Source of the DNA: Amoebophrya sp. A120
Lineage: Eukaryota; Protista; Dinoflagellata
NCBI GenBank assembly: GCA_905178155.1
Contig: CAJINV010000005.1
Location: 1,108,564-1,172,563 of the forward strand
Length of the DNA stretch: 64,000 nucleotides
Direction of reading: 5' to 3'
Shown one piece after another: positions 27,167 to 40,155 of this stretch. How positions within the stretch are numbered: position 1 is the first letter of the stretch; the number at the start of each line of letters is the position of its first letter. Under the pieces are notes generated by a model. That model worked only from the letters and a program-made list of their open reading frames with translations. It made no database searches and was not told where the DNA came from. The position numbers and the translations under genes are program-made.

Positions 27167-29191
27167 ATGGATCAAATCATTGTGGTTGGCGGCGGTCTCG
27201 CCGGTCTCTCGGCCGCACACACGGCCATGGAGCGTGGCAGCCGCGTGTTGCTGATCGACAAGAACCCGTTCATGGGCGGAAACTCCACCAAGGCTACATC
27301 CGGTATCAACGGGGCGGGTACCCGCACCCAGCGCGCTAAGGGCGTCCAGGACGCTCCTGAAACTTTTGAGGAGGACACGATCCGTGGCGGGGCGAAGTCC
27401 AAGGAGCACGCGAAGGTACTTTTAAAAAGAGAGAGGAATCTTCAACATTTGTGATGCATGTAAAACTGCACCAGCTCCAGCGATACTGCTTGCAGCTCAA
27501 AGCACATGAACTCAAAAAATCAAATACTTTATCACAAGGTCCTCACCTGGGAATCTGGTCCGGGCGTCGAGTGGTTGATCGACAACTTTGGTCTGGACCT
27601 GTCCCTCGTCTCCCGGCTCGGTGGTCACTCCCAGCCCCGAACCCACCGCGGCGGACAGAAGTTTCCGGGTATGACCATCACTTTTGCCCTGATGGAGAAA
27701 TTGGAGGAAATCGCGGAAAAGCAGCCGGAAAAGGCTCGCATCATGCTCAAGGCGAAGATGACCAAGTTGCTGAAAGGTAAATGTGAATAATAAGGAAAGG
27801 ATTTGTGTTGCACGAAAGCGCATCGTGTGGGAGTTTGTGATGCAGATAAAGGAATAGGGATAGCCTTAGTAGTAAGTACTCGCAATACTGACATACAACC
27901 CTCTTCTCTCAGATGCCAAGGGCAACGTGTCCGGCGTGGAGGTCGAGGTCGGTGGCAAGCGCGTCAACGAGCTCGGCCCGGTCATCCTCGCGACCGGCGG
28001 GTACGGCGCGGACCACGATCAGGACAGCATTCTGCACCAGTACCGCCCCGACCTGAAGAACATGCCCACCACGTGTGGCGACCACTGCACCGGGGACGGG
28101 ATCAAGTTTGCCATGCGCGACGCGGGCGCGGATGCCGTGGATTTGAACTGGGTGCAGGTCCACCCCACCGGGTTAGTCAACCCGAAGGAGGGCATGGACG
28201 TCTCCGGGAAGACCCTGTTCCTCGCTGCCGAGGCCCTCCGCGGCTGCGGCGGGCTCCTGTTGGACGCCAACGGGCAACGGTTCGCGAACGAGCTCGGCCG
28301 ACGCGACTACGTCTCTGGGAAAATGTTCGAGAATAAGGGTATAGGAGTTTGGAGTTTGCGTTTTTTTTTTTTCTGAAATGGGATTTCTCGAGCGTTTCAC
28401 ATGTGCAAGAGACCCGACTGTGTAGGGTAAATATCAACGGGTTGAAGATAAAGTGTGTTGACCAAATACTTAAGTACATGAAGAAGTGGCTACCTCATAA
28501 TTTCTCCAGGTCCCTTCCGCCTCTGCCTGAACACGAAGGCCAGCAAGGAGATCGCATGGCATTGCAAGCACTACATGGGCCGGGGATTGATGAAGCACTA
28601 CAAAAACATGCACGATCTCGCCAAGGAAATGAATATTGACGTGAAAACCATTCAGCAGACCTTCGACGAACACAACGAGTACAATAGGAAATGTTTGTTT
28701 CAGTATTTTGCTTCTCGATTGTATTTGCTTTTGCATTTTTGCATTTTTATTTTGAACTACAACAATCAAAACAATACAAGAAACACCCGAATTTTCTACA
28801 CAGTGTCGAGGCCAAGCAGCTGAAGGACCCGGAGAACGGACCGTACGATGCCTACGGCGGCGGCAAGTCGTGGGACAAGTGGGGCAAGAAGTTCTACCAC
28901 AACGGTCCGAACTCCGTGGAGGATGGCTACCACGTCGCCATCGTCTGCCCCGTGGTCCACTACACTATGGGTGGTATGAAGGTGACCCCGGCGGCCGAGG
29001 CCCAGGCCAAGGACGACAAGGTGATCCCCGGTCTGTTCGGCGCGGGCGAGGTCAACGGCGGCATCCACGGGGAGAACCGGCTCGGTGGGTCCTCGCTGCT
29101 GGACTGCGTGGTGTACGGCCGGGTGGCGGGCCGGTCCGCCTGCAAGTACCTCATGGAATCGAACATCGAGGCGATTCGCGCGAAGATGTGA
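27167..29191 (+). CDS. Soluble FAD-dependent fumarate reductase (Osm1/Frd1-like flavoprotein); GT-AG introns 27416-27538, 27777-27912, 28339-28509, 28679-28803
   Basis: VVGGGLAGL, GGNSTKATSGING, RLGGHSQPRTH, VQVHPTG, EALRG, HYTMGG, GIHGENRLGGSSLLDCVVYGR; strongly C/G-ending codons. Confidence 0.93.
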
Positions 29192-30773
29192 GCAGATTCT
29201 AGAGCAAAGAGGACACAGGAGGGATATCAGAATCAGGTATTTTTACGAATCGAAACAGACGATTGACAATCAGAAAAATCAGAATCAGGAAAACTAACAG
29301 CAGAATCAGAAGAACCTATGAATCAATCCGTGCAAGAACACCAGGGAATCTTATTTAGAATCAGGAATAGCAACAGTCATTAGCAAAAGCTGCAGGTGCA
29401 AGCAGCTTATGTTTGGAATCAGACGAATTACGAAGGAATCGTATATCTAAGAAGTAAAAAAAGCATCTCCGACTTCTAAAGTCGCAGAAGCACTAAACTC
29501 GTAGTGCGGTAAATAAAGTCACCCCTTCCCGAAATTGCAACCATTTTCCTATTCCCGCTTCAGTTTTATTCGTTGTTGCCATACCAAATTGCAAGGGGAA
29601 GAAGGCGGGAGTGGCATATTTACCTGTAGGAAAAGGTATGAAAACTAACAAAGGAATTGCAGTCATTTCCATTTGAGTATGAAAAAACCTGTAAATTTGG
29701 AGAACAAAAATTTCTTTCAATACTTTGTTTAGACTTGTGCATTTTGAAGATATATTCTCAGGATGAAATTACTACAAAATCCTACATTAATCGCTTTTTT
29801 TCCTTTTCCGTATCTACTCTATATTCGATTGTGTTTTTTTCCGTTTTCCTTTCCAATTTACCAAAATCACAATCTGCAGTACTGCTACCACTAAGGGTAA
29901 GACTGCAAAGTCTGTCTTATGAAGTTCTTGAAGATCATCAAAGCCTCCTACCCTATCGCCTATACCTAAGATGGAAATCAATACCAAATCTCGTGTAATT
30001 AAACCAAGCGAAATTTGAAGGAGGGTAGAGTTGGGAAAGTAAGTATCTATTTGTAGCTCATCTCGAATATGGACCTCAAACTCAATGTCATAGTGAACAG
30101 GACAATAAATTTATTCGTTGAAACTTGATTGGTGCTGTGCGCTGCCCTGCTTTTCGGCTCGGCAGTGGTGCGGCACTTTCTTCAGCTCAGAGAAAATCTA
30201 CACGCGGTCCTGTGTTGGATGAACAAGAAAACAATACCAGCATCAACAGTGCCTCTACGGTGTAGACAAGACTTCGAGAATGCGACCCACTGATCCTACT
30301 GAAGAGGTGTAGTAGGAGCTACAAATTCTACGTAACAAAAAATGAAACCAGTAACATACATGAATTGGGAAGAAAGTAAAAATCTGAACGAATCTCAAAG
30401 TATAAGGAAAAGGCCCTCTCGCAAGAAGGACGAGTTGTTTAGAAGGAGGTTTGTATCTGTTCGTGGTTGACGATCTAGCGTGGCTCTGCGCCGCTACAAA
30501 CCAAGATCACGTGCTAAAGATCCGCGTTGAAGACGCTTCTCGTGCCTCATTCAAATCTTCGTTTCATCGTCGCGATATAGACAGGTTTAAATTTGATTCA
30601 GTCGTTTATCGGCTACTACTTCTCTTTTTATAGTAACCTTCTTTTCGGAAATGCAAATGGCTTGTGGATCGTATTGAGCACTCGCCGTTGCGCATGCGAA
30701 TACTTCATTTCCTTCTGGAACGTTGAATTACAGTCGAAGATTAACTTCCATCTCCATCAGCTTCACAAACACC

Positions 30774-31869
30774 ATGGCCTACCGTGCAGCTCTGAACGGT
30801 GTCAGCGACGACCGCGACCGCAGACGCGGCGGCACCAACTACCCCGACACAAGAGGACAGCGCGACGGCGCTCGCGGGAGGAGTCGATCCCGGTCACGAC
30901 CCAGAGGCGGGGAACAACCAGCAAATAACAGAGCGGCACGCGCAAACGGCGACCTCGACCGACCGAACAAACCTATCGCGAATGGAACCGTAACCAACGC
31001 GTTAGGGGGGCAGCAAGGAGGCAAGACTGGAGATCAGCCTGCTGGTGGTCCGTTATCCGAGATCAACCGCGACACCACGCCGCCGTTTCTGCTAAGGATA
31101 TGGCACCAGCACGGCAAGCACCACAGGCTCAACACCAGGGAGGTGATGAAAGAAGACGACGAGCTGCAGGTGTACACCTGGTTGGACGTGACGTTGCGGG
31201 AGTTGTCCGACTTGATCAAAGATGTGGTGCCCGAAACGAGAAAAAGCAACTGCATGCTCGACGTCAGGTTGATCTATCCAGGTATAACAGAACGAATGTG
31301 AGAGTGAGGTTTGTTTCAACATCTAGTGAAGTACAAAGCTGTGTCAAGGATTTGTGTTATCCGAGTCGACCATGGTCGGGAATACGCAAAAACGAACTGT
31401 CAGCACATCTAGTGTAGGCCGAACCAACGAAAAAGAAAAGTATCATCATTAAAACAGGTCCCGATGGTCGCAGCAACTCCCTGAATCTCGGCGAGGTTCA
31501 TTCCGTCTTCAAAAAGAGCGAGGACTACCGACCGATCTTGCTCAGGCAGGGTAGAATTTTCGAAATCGGCGACATGCTGTCAGTCGCGATTTTGGAACAG
31601 GACGGGAAATCATGGAGTACAAATTATTTTTGTGTTGCTGCTTTTCCGAATGTATTCACGTGTACGTGTTCACAGCTCTCTTTCTGGTGTGAAACGCATA
31701 CAAAGATGTTCATGCTGATGGTTTCAAAACCCTTACAATTACAGCCGAGAGGTGGAACCCGCGTGCGCTTCGCCTGCAACGGGATCCCAATTACAATGCC
31801 CGAGCTGGGCAATATAACGGCTACGGAGGGGGCGCTGGTGGCAGAAGGAACGGCCACAGAGGCGACTGA
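30774..31869 (+). CDS. SAP18: SAP18 (Sin3/ASAP complex subunit) with RS/RG-rich extensions; intron 31282-31457 and a second ending at 31744
   Basis: INRDTTPPFLLRIW, ELQVYTWLDVTLRELSDLIK, FEIGDMLSVAI. Confidence 0.88.
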
Positions 31870-32343
31870 TGGGATCTGACTTGTTCCATAGTTTCTCTTT
31901 TCAGAAGCGCTGTTTGGTGTGTTGAAGAAACGTGCTTTTGAGGATAACGCTCTGAAAAATTCACGACTGTCGGAAAACGCAATGCTAAGAACGACAAGCG
32001 ACATACTAATAATCACAAAGATCTCCCTCGACGCCCGGACTCAAAGAAGTACCTGCGTGCTCATTCTTGTAGTGCGATTCACTGCCTCTACCATTGTGTT
32101 CATACAACTATTTTCGACGCCGACAGGCTGTGAAGGTATTTCTTACTAGAGTGAGAATTCGTACGGGGGTAATGAAAGTAGATTTGCTATACTATTTTGA
32201 TAGCTTTATTCCCCAAGTGCAGCGATAGCGCATCTCCATCTTCGACTTTGTCTTGAGCACCTTACCGTCTCCGAAGTTTACGTTGCTTTTGAACCACCAC
32301 TAAACCCTATGCCACACGACACGATTTCTCATCTACCACCACC

Positions 32344-35136
32344 ATGGGCACCGACGAGGAAAAGCGCAACGTGATTCCCTTCGACCCCTTCTCCTACACG
32401 GAGCACTTTTACCCCGTCGATGAGGTCCTCTCTTGCCTCCAAAAGGCCGTCCGCCGCGGCCAGGCGGACGCCGCGGCGTTCTGGGCGGGTGAGTTACACG
32501 TATCCCGGCTTGGCGCAACGGCGATGCACCGGATGCAAATCATGGCGGTCGAGGACGTCGGGATCGCCGCGCCGGAGTCGGTGGAAGTGGTGGCGACTGT
32601 GCGAAACCAGTACTTGAAGGCAGTGGTGACGAGTAAAACCGCGGACGACGAGCAGGCGGCAGATGACGACGCGTGCCGGATCTGCATGGCTTGCGCCGTG
32701 TTTCTGGCGAAAAAGCCGAAGACGAGGACGAGCTGCATTTTAATCAGCTGGATGCAGGCCACGTTTCACTGCCTGTACGATCGATTTTGTGACAACAAAG
32801 ACGCGGGGTATCGGCAGAGGGCGGAGGTGATGAACAGCGGAAAAAATATGAAAGATGGTAAGCCGCAGCAGCCTGTAATTTCCGAAGACGCGGAGGTGAT
32901 GAACCGCATGACGGTAAATGCCAACGTGGACGAGCAGGTGGAAAACGAAAAAACGGACGAGCAACTCGCGTTTGAGCACACCGAGCAGTTCCGCAAAAAC
33001 TACGACGCGCTGGTGAAAGCGGCTTGTCACAGCCCCGACCCCTTGCAGCCACTGACGACGAGACTGGCCAATTTTCAGAAGTGGCTCCGTGACAACGTCC
33101 CGCGGAACGCGATGCTGAGCTCCGGGCTGAGCGGCACACCCACGCCGGAAGAATTGCACATCGAAAGGGAGTTTCTGCAACGGGAACAAGTGATTTTTCT
33201 CTCCGTCTACACGTGCTTGGCGAGGAATGGAGCGTCGGAAAATGATACGGAGCACCGCGACCAGCTGATGTCCGTTCTGATCCGGAGCATCCCGAAAGCG
33301 AAGGTGCGGAACTACGCGCAAACCTTGCAGAGACTCTCCCGGCGCGAGATGCAGACGTGCGCAAAGATGAGCTTGAACCAAATACTGCTGTTTACGACCA
33401 GGTGGCCGTGGGTATTACCGTCGGACGGGGGGAAGACCAACGTGGAGGAAGCGAAGGGCGCGGGGAGGACCATGCTGCAGGAGTTGCTGCACGCGGATGG
33501 AGAAATGCAATTGAACTTGAATGTATGACAGTGAACACAGAGTTAATGCGTTCTGGTGTTGAAAAGTTTGCAGGTTTTCATGTTGTAGTTCCCGGATTAC
33601 AGTAGTCCGTCGGTGCATGTGACTCAGTAGTTGTGGTATCGAACAATTAAAACGACGACATGGATTGAAAATCAAGCAAACAGCGCTGCACGTCACCAGA
33701 CCACTTTTCCTCCCGTCAAAACGCACCAGCGATCCGTCCAAAATGCAATCCGCGGACGGCCAAGCTCCGTCGAGAAAACAAGACACGAGTATCGAGCACT
33801 TCGTGGCGAAAAATGCGCCCTCGGAAAGGTTGAAAATCCTCGACGCACTGAAGCTCAAACGCGTCGACGCCGACGCGCGGCTGATGAAGGTCCCGCTCTA
33901 CTGCCTGGACCAGCACACGCGACGCGGGTCCGGCTACCCGCTGCACCTGGAAAAGGGCGAGATGCTGCTGCGCTTCAAGCCGCTGATCAATTGGTCAACA
34001 AAAGAATGGGAGAACACCCACGCCGACATTTCCAAGATTCTCCGCGAGGATCGGAAAAACGTCGCGGCCTTCTTTTTCGAGAACGGCGCCATCGTCGCGA
34101 GAGAGACCTTCCCCGGGCCGCCCTTCAGTCGCGGGGGCACGAGTGTGATTCTTTCCCGGGGCGGGGAAAAGCAGGCAAGTGGTGACAAGAACTCCGGCAG
34201 TGGGGCCCCGCAGCTGTCCTGGATCGACGAGGTGGTGTGGCGGAGTCCGTGCCTAATATCCCGCTATTACGTCACCGCGACCACGACCAGCAAAGCGGCC
34301 AACGCGGCCACGAGCCAGCGGGAGTTGAACAAGCTGATTGCCGGCGTCGAAGTGGACCCGACGGAAAATTTCTTGAAGAACACGCTCCGCGTGCAGACGA
34401 GTTTGAACACGGCAAAGGAGGACGACGCGGGCGTGGTGGACGAGGATTCGCTCGTGAAGCCGCCCTATGAAATGCAAAAATGTCTGGGTCTGGGAGGATG
34501 GAACTTGTGATGCGTCCGGTGGGTCACACAAAAATCTGTGTTGCGTGATCACCAAAAGTTGTCCGTTTTTGACCAACATGAGCGGGAGTGTCTCATGCAG
34601 GATAGGCATGATAGAGAATTCGCAGAATCTGTCATGCTAGGTCCTGCATTCCAGACCTCACGAGGCATGGAAAATATGCATGACAAGTGTGCATTCTTCC
34701 AGACCCAGACATTTTTGCATTTGATACGCCCCCGGCGGTCCCCGTGGATCCCTTCTACCACTTGGCGAGGCTGTTCGCGGTCTGGAAATCCGAGAACAAA
34801 ATCGTGTTCAAGAAAGAGGAGGAAATCATCTTAAAAGCGGTTTTGGCCCAGCAGGAAAAGCAGAACAAGAGGAGGTCCAAGGAAGAACAGACGTTGCAGG
34901 AGTCGATCTCTCTGTCGAATTCAGCGTTTTCCGGCGCGGCGAAAGGACCGATCGACGCGCGGCCCAGTGCGGTGTTCGAGAAACACCGGCAGTACTTGTC
35001 GAAGTTGCCGGCGAATCGGAGTGCTGGCGGTACAACTACTGGTTCGCCGAACAAGGACGGCGGGGGTGAGGCGGTGGGGGAGGATCTGTCCATTGCGAAG
35101 AAATTGAGGTGGAATAAGGGGGGAAAAACAACGTAA
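32344..35136 (+). CDS. Protein with RarA/MgsA C-terminal-like helical domain and no visible AAA+ module; intron about 33523-33676 plus introner 34466-34726
   Basis: SCLQKAVRRG...AAAFWAGEL...RMQIMAVEDVGIA and VPLYCLDQHTRRG motifs; frame restored across the element (VKPP|PAVPVDPF). Confidence 0.7.
34466..34726. mobile_element. Introner, TIR type 1, TSD cgccc
   Basis: tatgaaatgcaaaaatgtctgggtctgg...ccagacccagacatttttgcatttgata; cgccc at 34461-34465 and 34727-34731. Confidence 0.93.
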
Positions 35137-35659
35137 AAGCGAAGGATTTCGGATTTGCGACGGGAAGGAATTTTAGCTATGATCCAAGAAAGATACAGCT
35201 AGTAAAAAAAGTAGACGAATCAATTATCATGTAGGCGGATGCGCAAGAGCAACTTTTGCTTTGCGCTTCTGTTGTTCTCTGCGCCCGTGTATTTCCAGAT
35301 TTGTTCGCACATTGGTCTTTTTTTCAAACACATTGGAGGGACAGGAAAGCGAGGGAATTATGCTGTTGAAGACAGGAACACGGAGCGGTAAGAAGAGCGG
35401 AGCGAGTGTTTTTCCTGGTGTATAGTACGTCGTCCTGCTTTGTTGTCTATCTCCCTTTTCGTTTCCTTCGTTATCGTTTCCGAAACAACAAGTTGTTTTC
35501 AGCAAAAAATGTTGGGTCTTTTCCTGTGACCAAGCTTCCGGGTTCTTCATCGCCGCCTGTCGTCGTGTCGCTCTGACATCAGCGGCCGGAGTCTGTTGCA
35601 TTTTCAAATTCGGTTTCGGCGGGCATCAAATACCTTACCCACCCGCACCACGCAACACG

Positions 35660-38600
35660 ATGAAGACGGCCGCCTGCAGTGGTTTGAAGATTCAGCGGCA
35701 TTCCGCGCCGTCCTCTGCTCTGGCGATACAGCAGCAGCTACATCGTCATTGGCCCCGAAGAGCACATTCTGCTGGACGACCGCAGGAGGTACTAGAACAC
35801 CGTCCGTTTTCTACAGCCACCATCGATTCCACGACGAGTGGGGCAGCCTCTAGTTCCTCAAGTAGCTGCTCTCCTGCCTCCTCTTCCACTTCCAGTCCGC
35901 AACACCAGCGCACCAACACTGCCGCCTATGACGCCATCCAAACCGGGTACCTGCCCGGCCAAGGCACGCCGGAGAAACTCCTGCCGCCCTCCGGCACGTT
36001 ACCCGGGTCCAGTGGCGAAGCCTTTCCGCGGTACAGCGGTTATGTGGTCCGTCAAAGTAGCTTCCGTGAAACTTTTAATCGAAGAGCAGAGTTTAGAGGT
36101 TTAAGCGTGAGAAGGCTTAATTTGAGAAATCGGATGCTTTGAGATTTTAGCGTTTAAGCATTTGAGTGCTTAATTTAAGAACTCGGATATTTTTGAGTTT
36201 AAGCGTTCGAGTGCTTAAAATAAGAAAACAGCAGATTGAAATTTGCGCGAGCAAATTTGAATTTGCTCGCAGGTTTTTGAAATTTGCTCCGGAGCTTCTG
36301 CAAGAAGTCTAGAAATAGCGACTCGAACGCTTAAAGTCACCGAAAAAGAAGGAGTCGTTTAGCCATTCGGATGCTTAAATGAAGAGAATTTTTGCAACCG
36401 CCCGAGCAAATTTAAAAAATCGCAGAGCAAATTCCAATTTGCTCACGCAAATTTCAATCTGCTGCTTCCCTATTTTAACCCTGCGAGCCGTTATTTGCCA
36501 ACTTTGTGAAGCTGCTTTGAGTCATTCGAATGTTTTATCGGGGGCGACGAAGCAAAGGGAAAGAGCACAGACAGAGCCAAGACGCTCCGGGGCGCTTTTG
36601 TTAAGTGCCTGCAAGCTCCGCGCAAAACTGTCGCTAGCGTCGTGATCTCAGCAGATCGCGACGCCGGGCTCGCAGGCACTTAACATACACTTTTGCGGGC
36701 AAATTGCCCCAGGCGTCGCGATCTGGAGGGATCACGACGCCCACGGCGGTTTTGCGCGGGGTGGGCACTTAACAAAAGCGCCGCGGGACGCTTTGGCTCT
36801 GTGCTCTTGCACCGGCGGAGCTTTTGTTTCCCAGGGTGCGAAAGCTCTTTGTCTCTCGAGCAACACCAACAACACTCGCGCTCGGTCGCGGTAGATATAG
36901 CGTTTAGGCCTTCGAGTGCTTAAATTCACGGAAACGCAGACTGCAATCTGCGTGAGCAAATTTGAAATTTGCTCTGGGCAAATTCAAATTTGCTCACGCA
37001 GCTGCACAGACAAGCAATCAGTTTAGCCATTCGAATGCTTAACTGCTTGAAAATAAACAATCATTTTAAGCATTCGAATGGCTAATTGACTGGTTATCTT
37101 TGAAGCTGTGTGAGCAAATTTGAAATTTGCTAAAGCAAATTGCAATCTGCGTTTCCGTGAATTTAAGCACTCGAATGCTTAAATTGCGACTTCTTAGTTT
37201 AGGCATTTTAATGCTTAAACCTTATGAACGCGATTTCCTAGATTAAGCATTCGAAGGCTTAAAACAAAGAATGTGTTGCGCGATTAAAAGTTTCACAGAA
37301 GCTGCGGGCCTTTCCGCGGTACAGTGGCGCCGCACTGGCGGACGTGATCCAGCAGTTTCAGTTCGTGAAAAAGCGGGGGCACGACCGGTATTTCAAGCAG
37401 GAGGAGCCGAAAAGCGCGTGCCAAGACCAGAACCACCGGGTGCCGTTAAGCCCCTGGCTACCGGAAACCGGGGCGTCGGTTTTGAGCAGTCCCTGCTACA
37501 ACAAGGAGGTGGACAAGCCGATCGAGGAAATTTTGCCGCCAGGTTTTGATTTTCTGGATTGAGGGACGTGCTACATTTTTTTTGGTTGTATTGCAGGATC
37601 AACATGACAAGATCACTCTTTTTTGGGGGTTCAGCATGAGAGAGAATAAAAACACATTGATCATTCTTTACTTTCCAAGGTGTGAACGAGAATTCCGGCC
37701 GCTTCCTGAAGGACGATGTGAAAGACGCCTACCACGAGTGCTGGACGGTGCACGGCGGCATGGTGATTGGTGCGGACCAATTCACAAAAAACGACCACGA
37801 CCCGCTGCCGGCGTACAAGGGCAAGTTGATTGAGGAAGACTTCGAAGTTTCGGGTGTGACGGGCTCGATCGTCGCACGGAAGTTCAAGGGCATCGACCGA
37901 CCCGGCGGCGGGGTCGCGGACGGACATCCAGAGGTAGGAAGGGTTAGTTTGTTGAAAATAATGAGTTGTGCTTGGTATAGTTGTAGGTCTGTGTGAGCTC
38001 GAGCACGACAAAGTGAATACCAGTAATTCGTCCTGCATGAGTAGAAAACTATGCTCGAAGGTCGCTCCGGGCTGGTTCCAGTTTGAAAACCGAGAAGGGC
38101 GGAAGTGGTATCTGCACCCTTGCTATGGAGAGGGAAGACAAGGGGAAGTTCTGTACAACTTGTGATGTTGCTGACAAAGGGACAAGTTAAACAGTTTGGT
38201 TTATTCTAAATCTTAAGTGGTTTCTTTGCGTTTGCACATGCAAGATTGATCCGCATCACAAGCTGCACCAGAAGTCTTTGATTTTTCAACCTGACACCTC
38301 GTCGGGCCGTTCGCAGTGGAAGCACCCGGTGAGTGGCGAAGTGGACAACTCACCGATCAGCTGGTATTACAAACGCCCCGCCGACAACGGCCTACCCGGC
38401 CGCCCCTGGTTCGCCTACATCCCGAGGTTACCCTGGCACATCAAGACGCTGAACCAGGACCGGATTGTATCGCCCTTGCGCGCGAAGGCGCGGTGGTGGG
38501 TATTCAAATTGGTTGGTGTTGTCCACAGGATTATCTTTTTGTGCAGCATAACGGAAGTAGAGCATCAACTACGTCAACAAGCAAACCGCAACTACATTAT

Positions 38601-38957
38601 TTTTATCAGATCTACTCCCACCAAGCGTGGTTTTTCTACGCGCTGATGTTCCTCGGCCCCTTCCGCGCCATGCAGCCCGAGACCTTCGGCAACGGCTACG
38701 AGTACGTGAAGGCGCCCACGCAAAGAGAACTGGACTGGGGCCGCGGATCCGCGCTGGTCCCCAGCGAGAAGTTCGAGAACTGGATCTACTCGCTGTTCGG
38801 CTACGAAACGGAAACGGACGAGATGAAGTTGAGAAAGTACAGCTTCGACTGCATGGAAGAGTCGTTTTGGTACAAGCACCATGTGGCTTTCGAGACGGGG
38901 CAGGTGGAGGAACCGAGAAAACGGATCTTCAACTTTATCCGTCTGGAAGATGACTAA
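35660..38957 (+). CDS. WW-domain-containing protein; introns about 36057-37299, 37543-37679, 37934-38060, 38122-38299, 38500-38609
   Basis: Spliced WW domain VAPGWFQFENREGRKWYLHPSSGRSQWKHP; flanking exons in phase. Confidence 0.72.
36059..37303. mobile_element. Foldback-like intronic element with 23-bp TIR and three internal hairpin arms
   Basis: agcttccgtgaaacttttaatcg / cgattaaaagtttcacagaagct; repeated palindromes resembling ttaagcattcgaatgcttaa and gagcaaatttgaaatttgctc. Confidence 0.8.
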
Positions 38958-40155
38958 AATGGATGGAAGAGTGGTAATGCTGTACTGTTGAAGAAGATGG
39001 GATGACCACTTCTGTGTCAGGTATGCTTTGAGAGGAAGTGGCATCACGAAGTGCGATACATTTTGTTTTATCTGTAAAAAAAATGCAACAAAAAGCCGCG
39101 TGCTGTTTGAAGAGGTGGCATTGCAATGTGCAGTATGGAGATGAATCTCCGTATACATACAAGAAAGTACGTAGCCGTGCCTCCTGCGAAGAGGAGTCGA
39201 TCGGTTTTTTGTCACAGGAAAATAAACGCGCCAGTGTTCTTCGCATCCACAAAATGAGCTCAAAGATCTGGCAATCGGTATCGGTTCCGTAGTAGTTCTG
39301 CCACACAGAGGACAATAACCCTGGTGAGAGGAAAAGTTCCGTGCCACCGGAAGAAAGAAACTAAAAAGTAGAAACTCAAACTTTTGGGGTGTTGGACAAG
39401 GATCATGTTAACCGCTCTATGTCAATGTTTCTGCAAAAACAGTCATTGGGATTCGACAGGAGCTTTGAGCTAACGCTCCGAGTGCAAAAATTGGTACAAG
39501 TTTTGGCTCGAAGTGTTTTGTACAGAGAAGATCAACACCTTTATTTCATCTGAAGATCGTGTCGCTACTACGCCGGTCTTTGTGGATCTTTCGTGGTTCT
39601 TTACTTGAGCCGGAAAAGTGTGCTGACGAAGAATCTTTTTTTCACCTCGGCTGGTAAAAGAAAGGTCTTCGTGATTATTTTGATTTTTAACACTTGAAAA
39701 TTGTCTTTTCTAAGATAAGGTAGGCACTACGATTTTGGTGTCGAATGTGAAACAAGTTGTAAACAAGAAGTCCTGAACAAAGCCTCACCCCCTCATCAAC
39801 CGGTGTTATTGTCAAGCCCCACGCTGATTTGTACCCTCCTCGAAGAAAAGAGAGAACATCATGAACGCTTTTTGAAGTCCCCGCTTCTGCACCTTGTGTT
39901 TGTGCGAAGATGCTGTCTTTCTCTTCCCACCGATCTACCACTTCCCTACGACCAAGGAGCAGTCGGTGACTACGGACCTTCCGACCGCTTGCCTATCCTT
40001 GTATCCCCTTGAAGAATCAAAACCTAGTACATACCGTGTGGACTTGCGAGGACCAGTGATAGCTACCTTGGACCACCTTTGGATCACGATTTTCTTTTCC
40101 TGGCGCACTTTTTGAAATTTTCCCGGCTTCCTCACTTGTTTGACGGCTTGTCACT

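Noticed and set aside
33523-33682. Possible GT..CA intron
   Set aside because: An in-phase AG at 33675-33676 allows a canonical intron
39500-39513. ttttggctcgaag resembling the end of the dinoflagellate spliced leader
   Set aside because: Too short and imperfect; expected by chance
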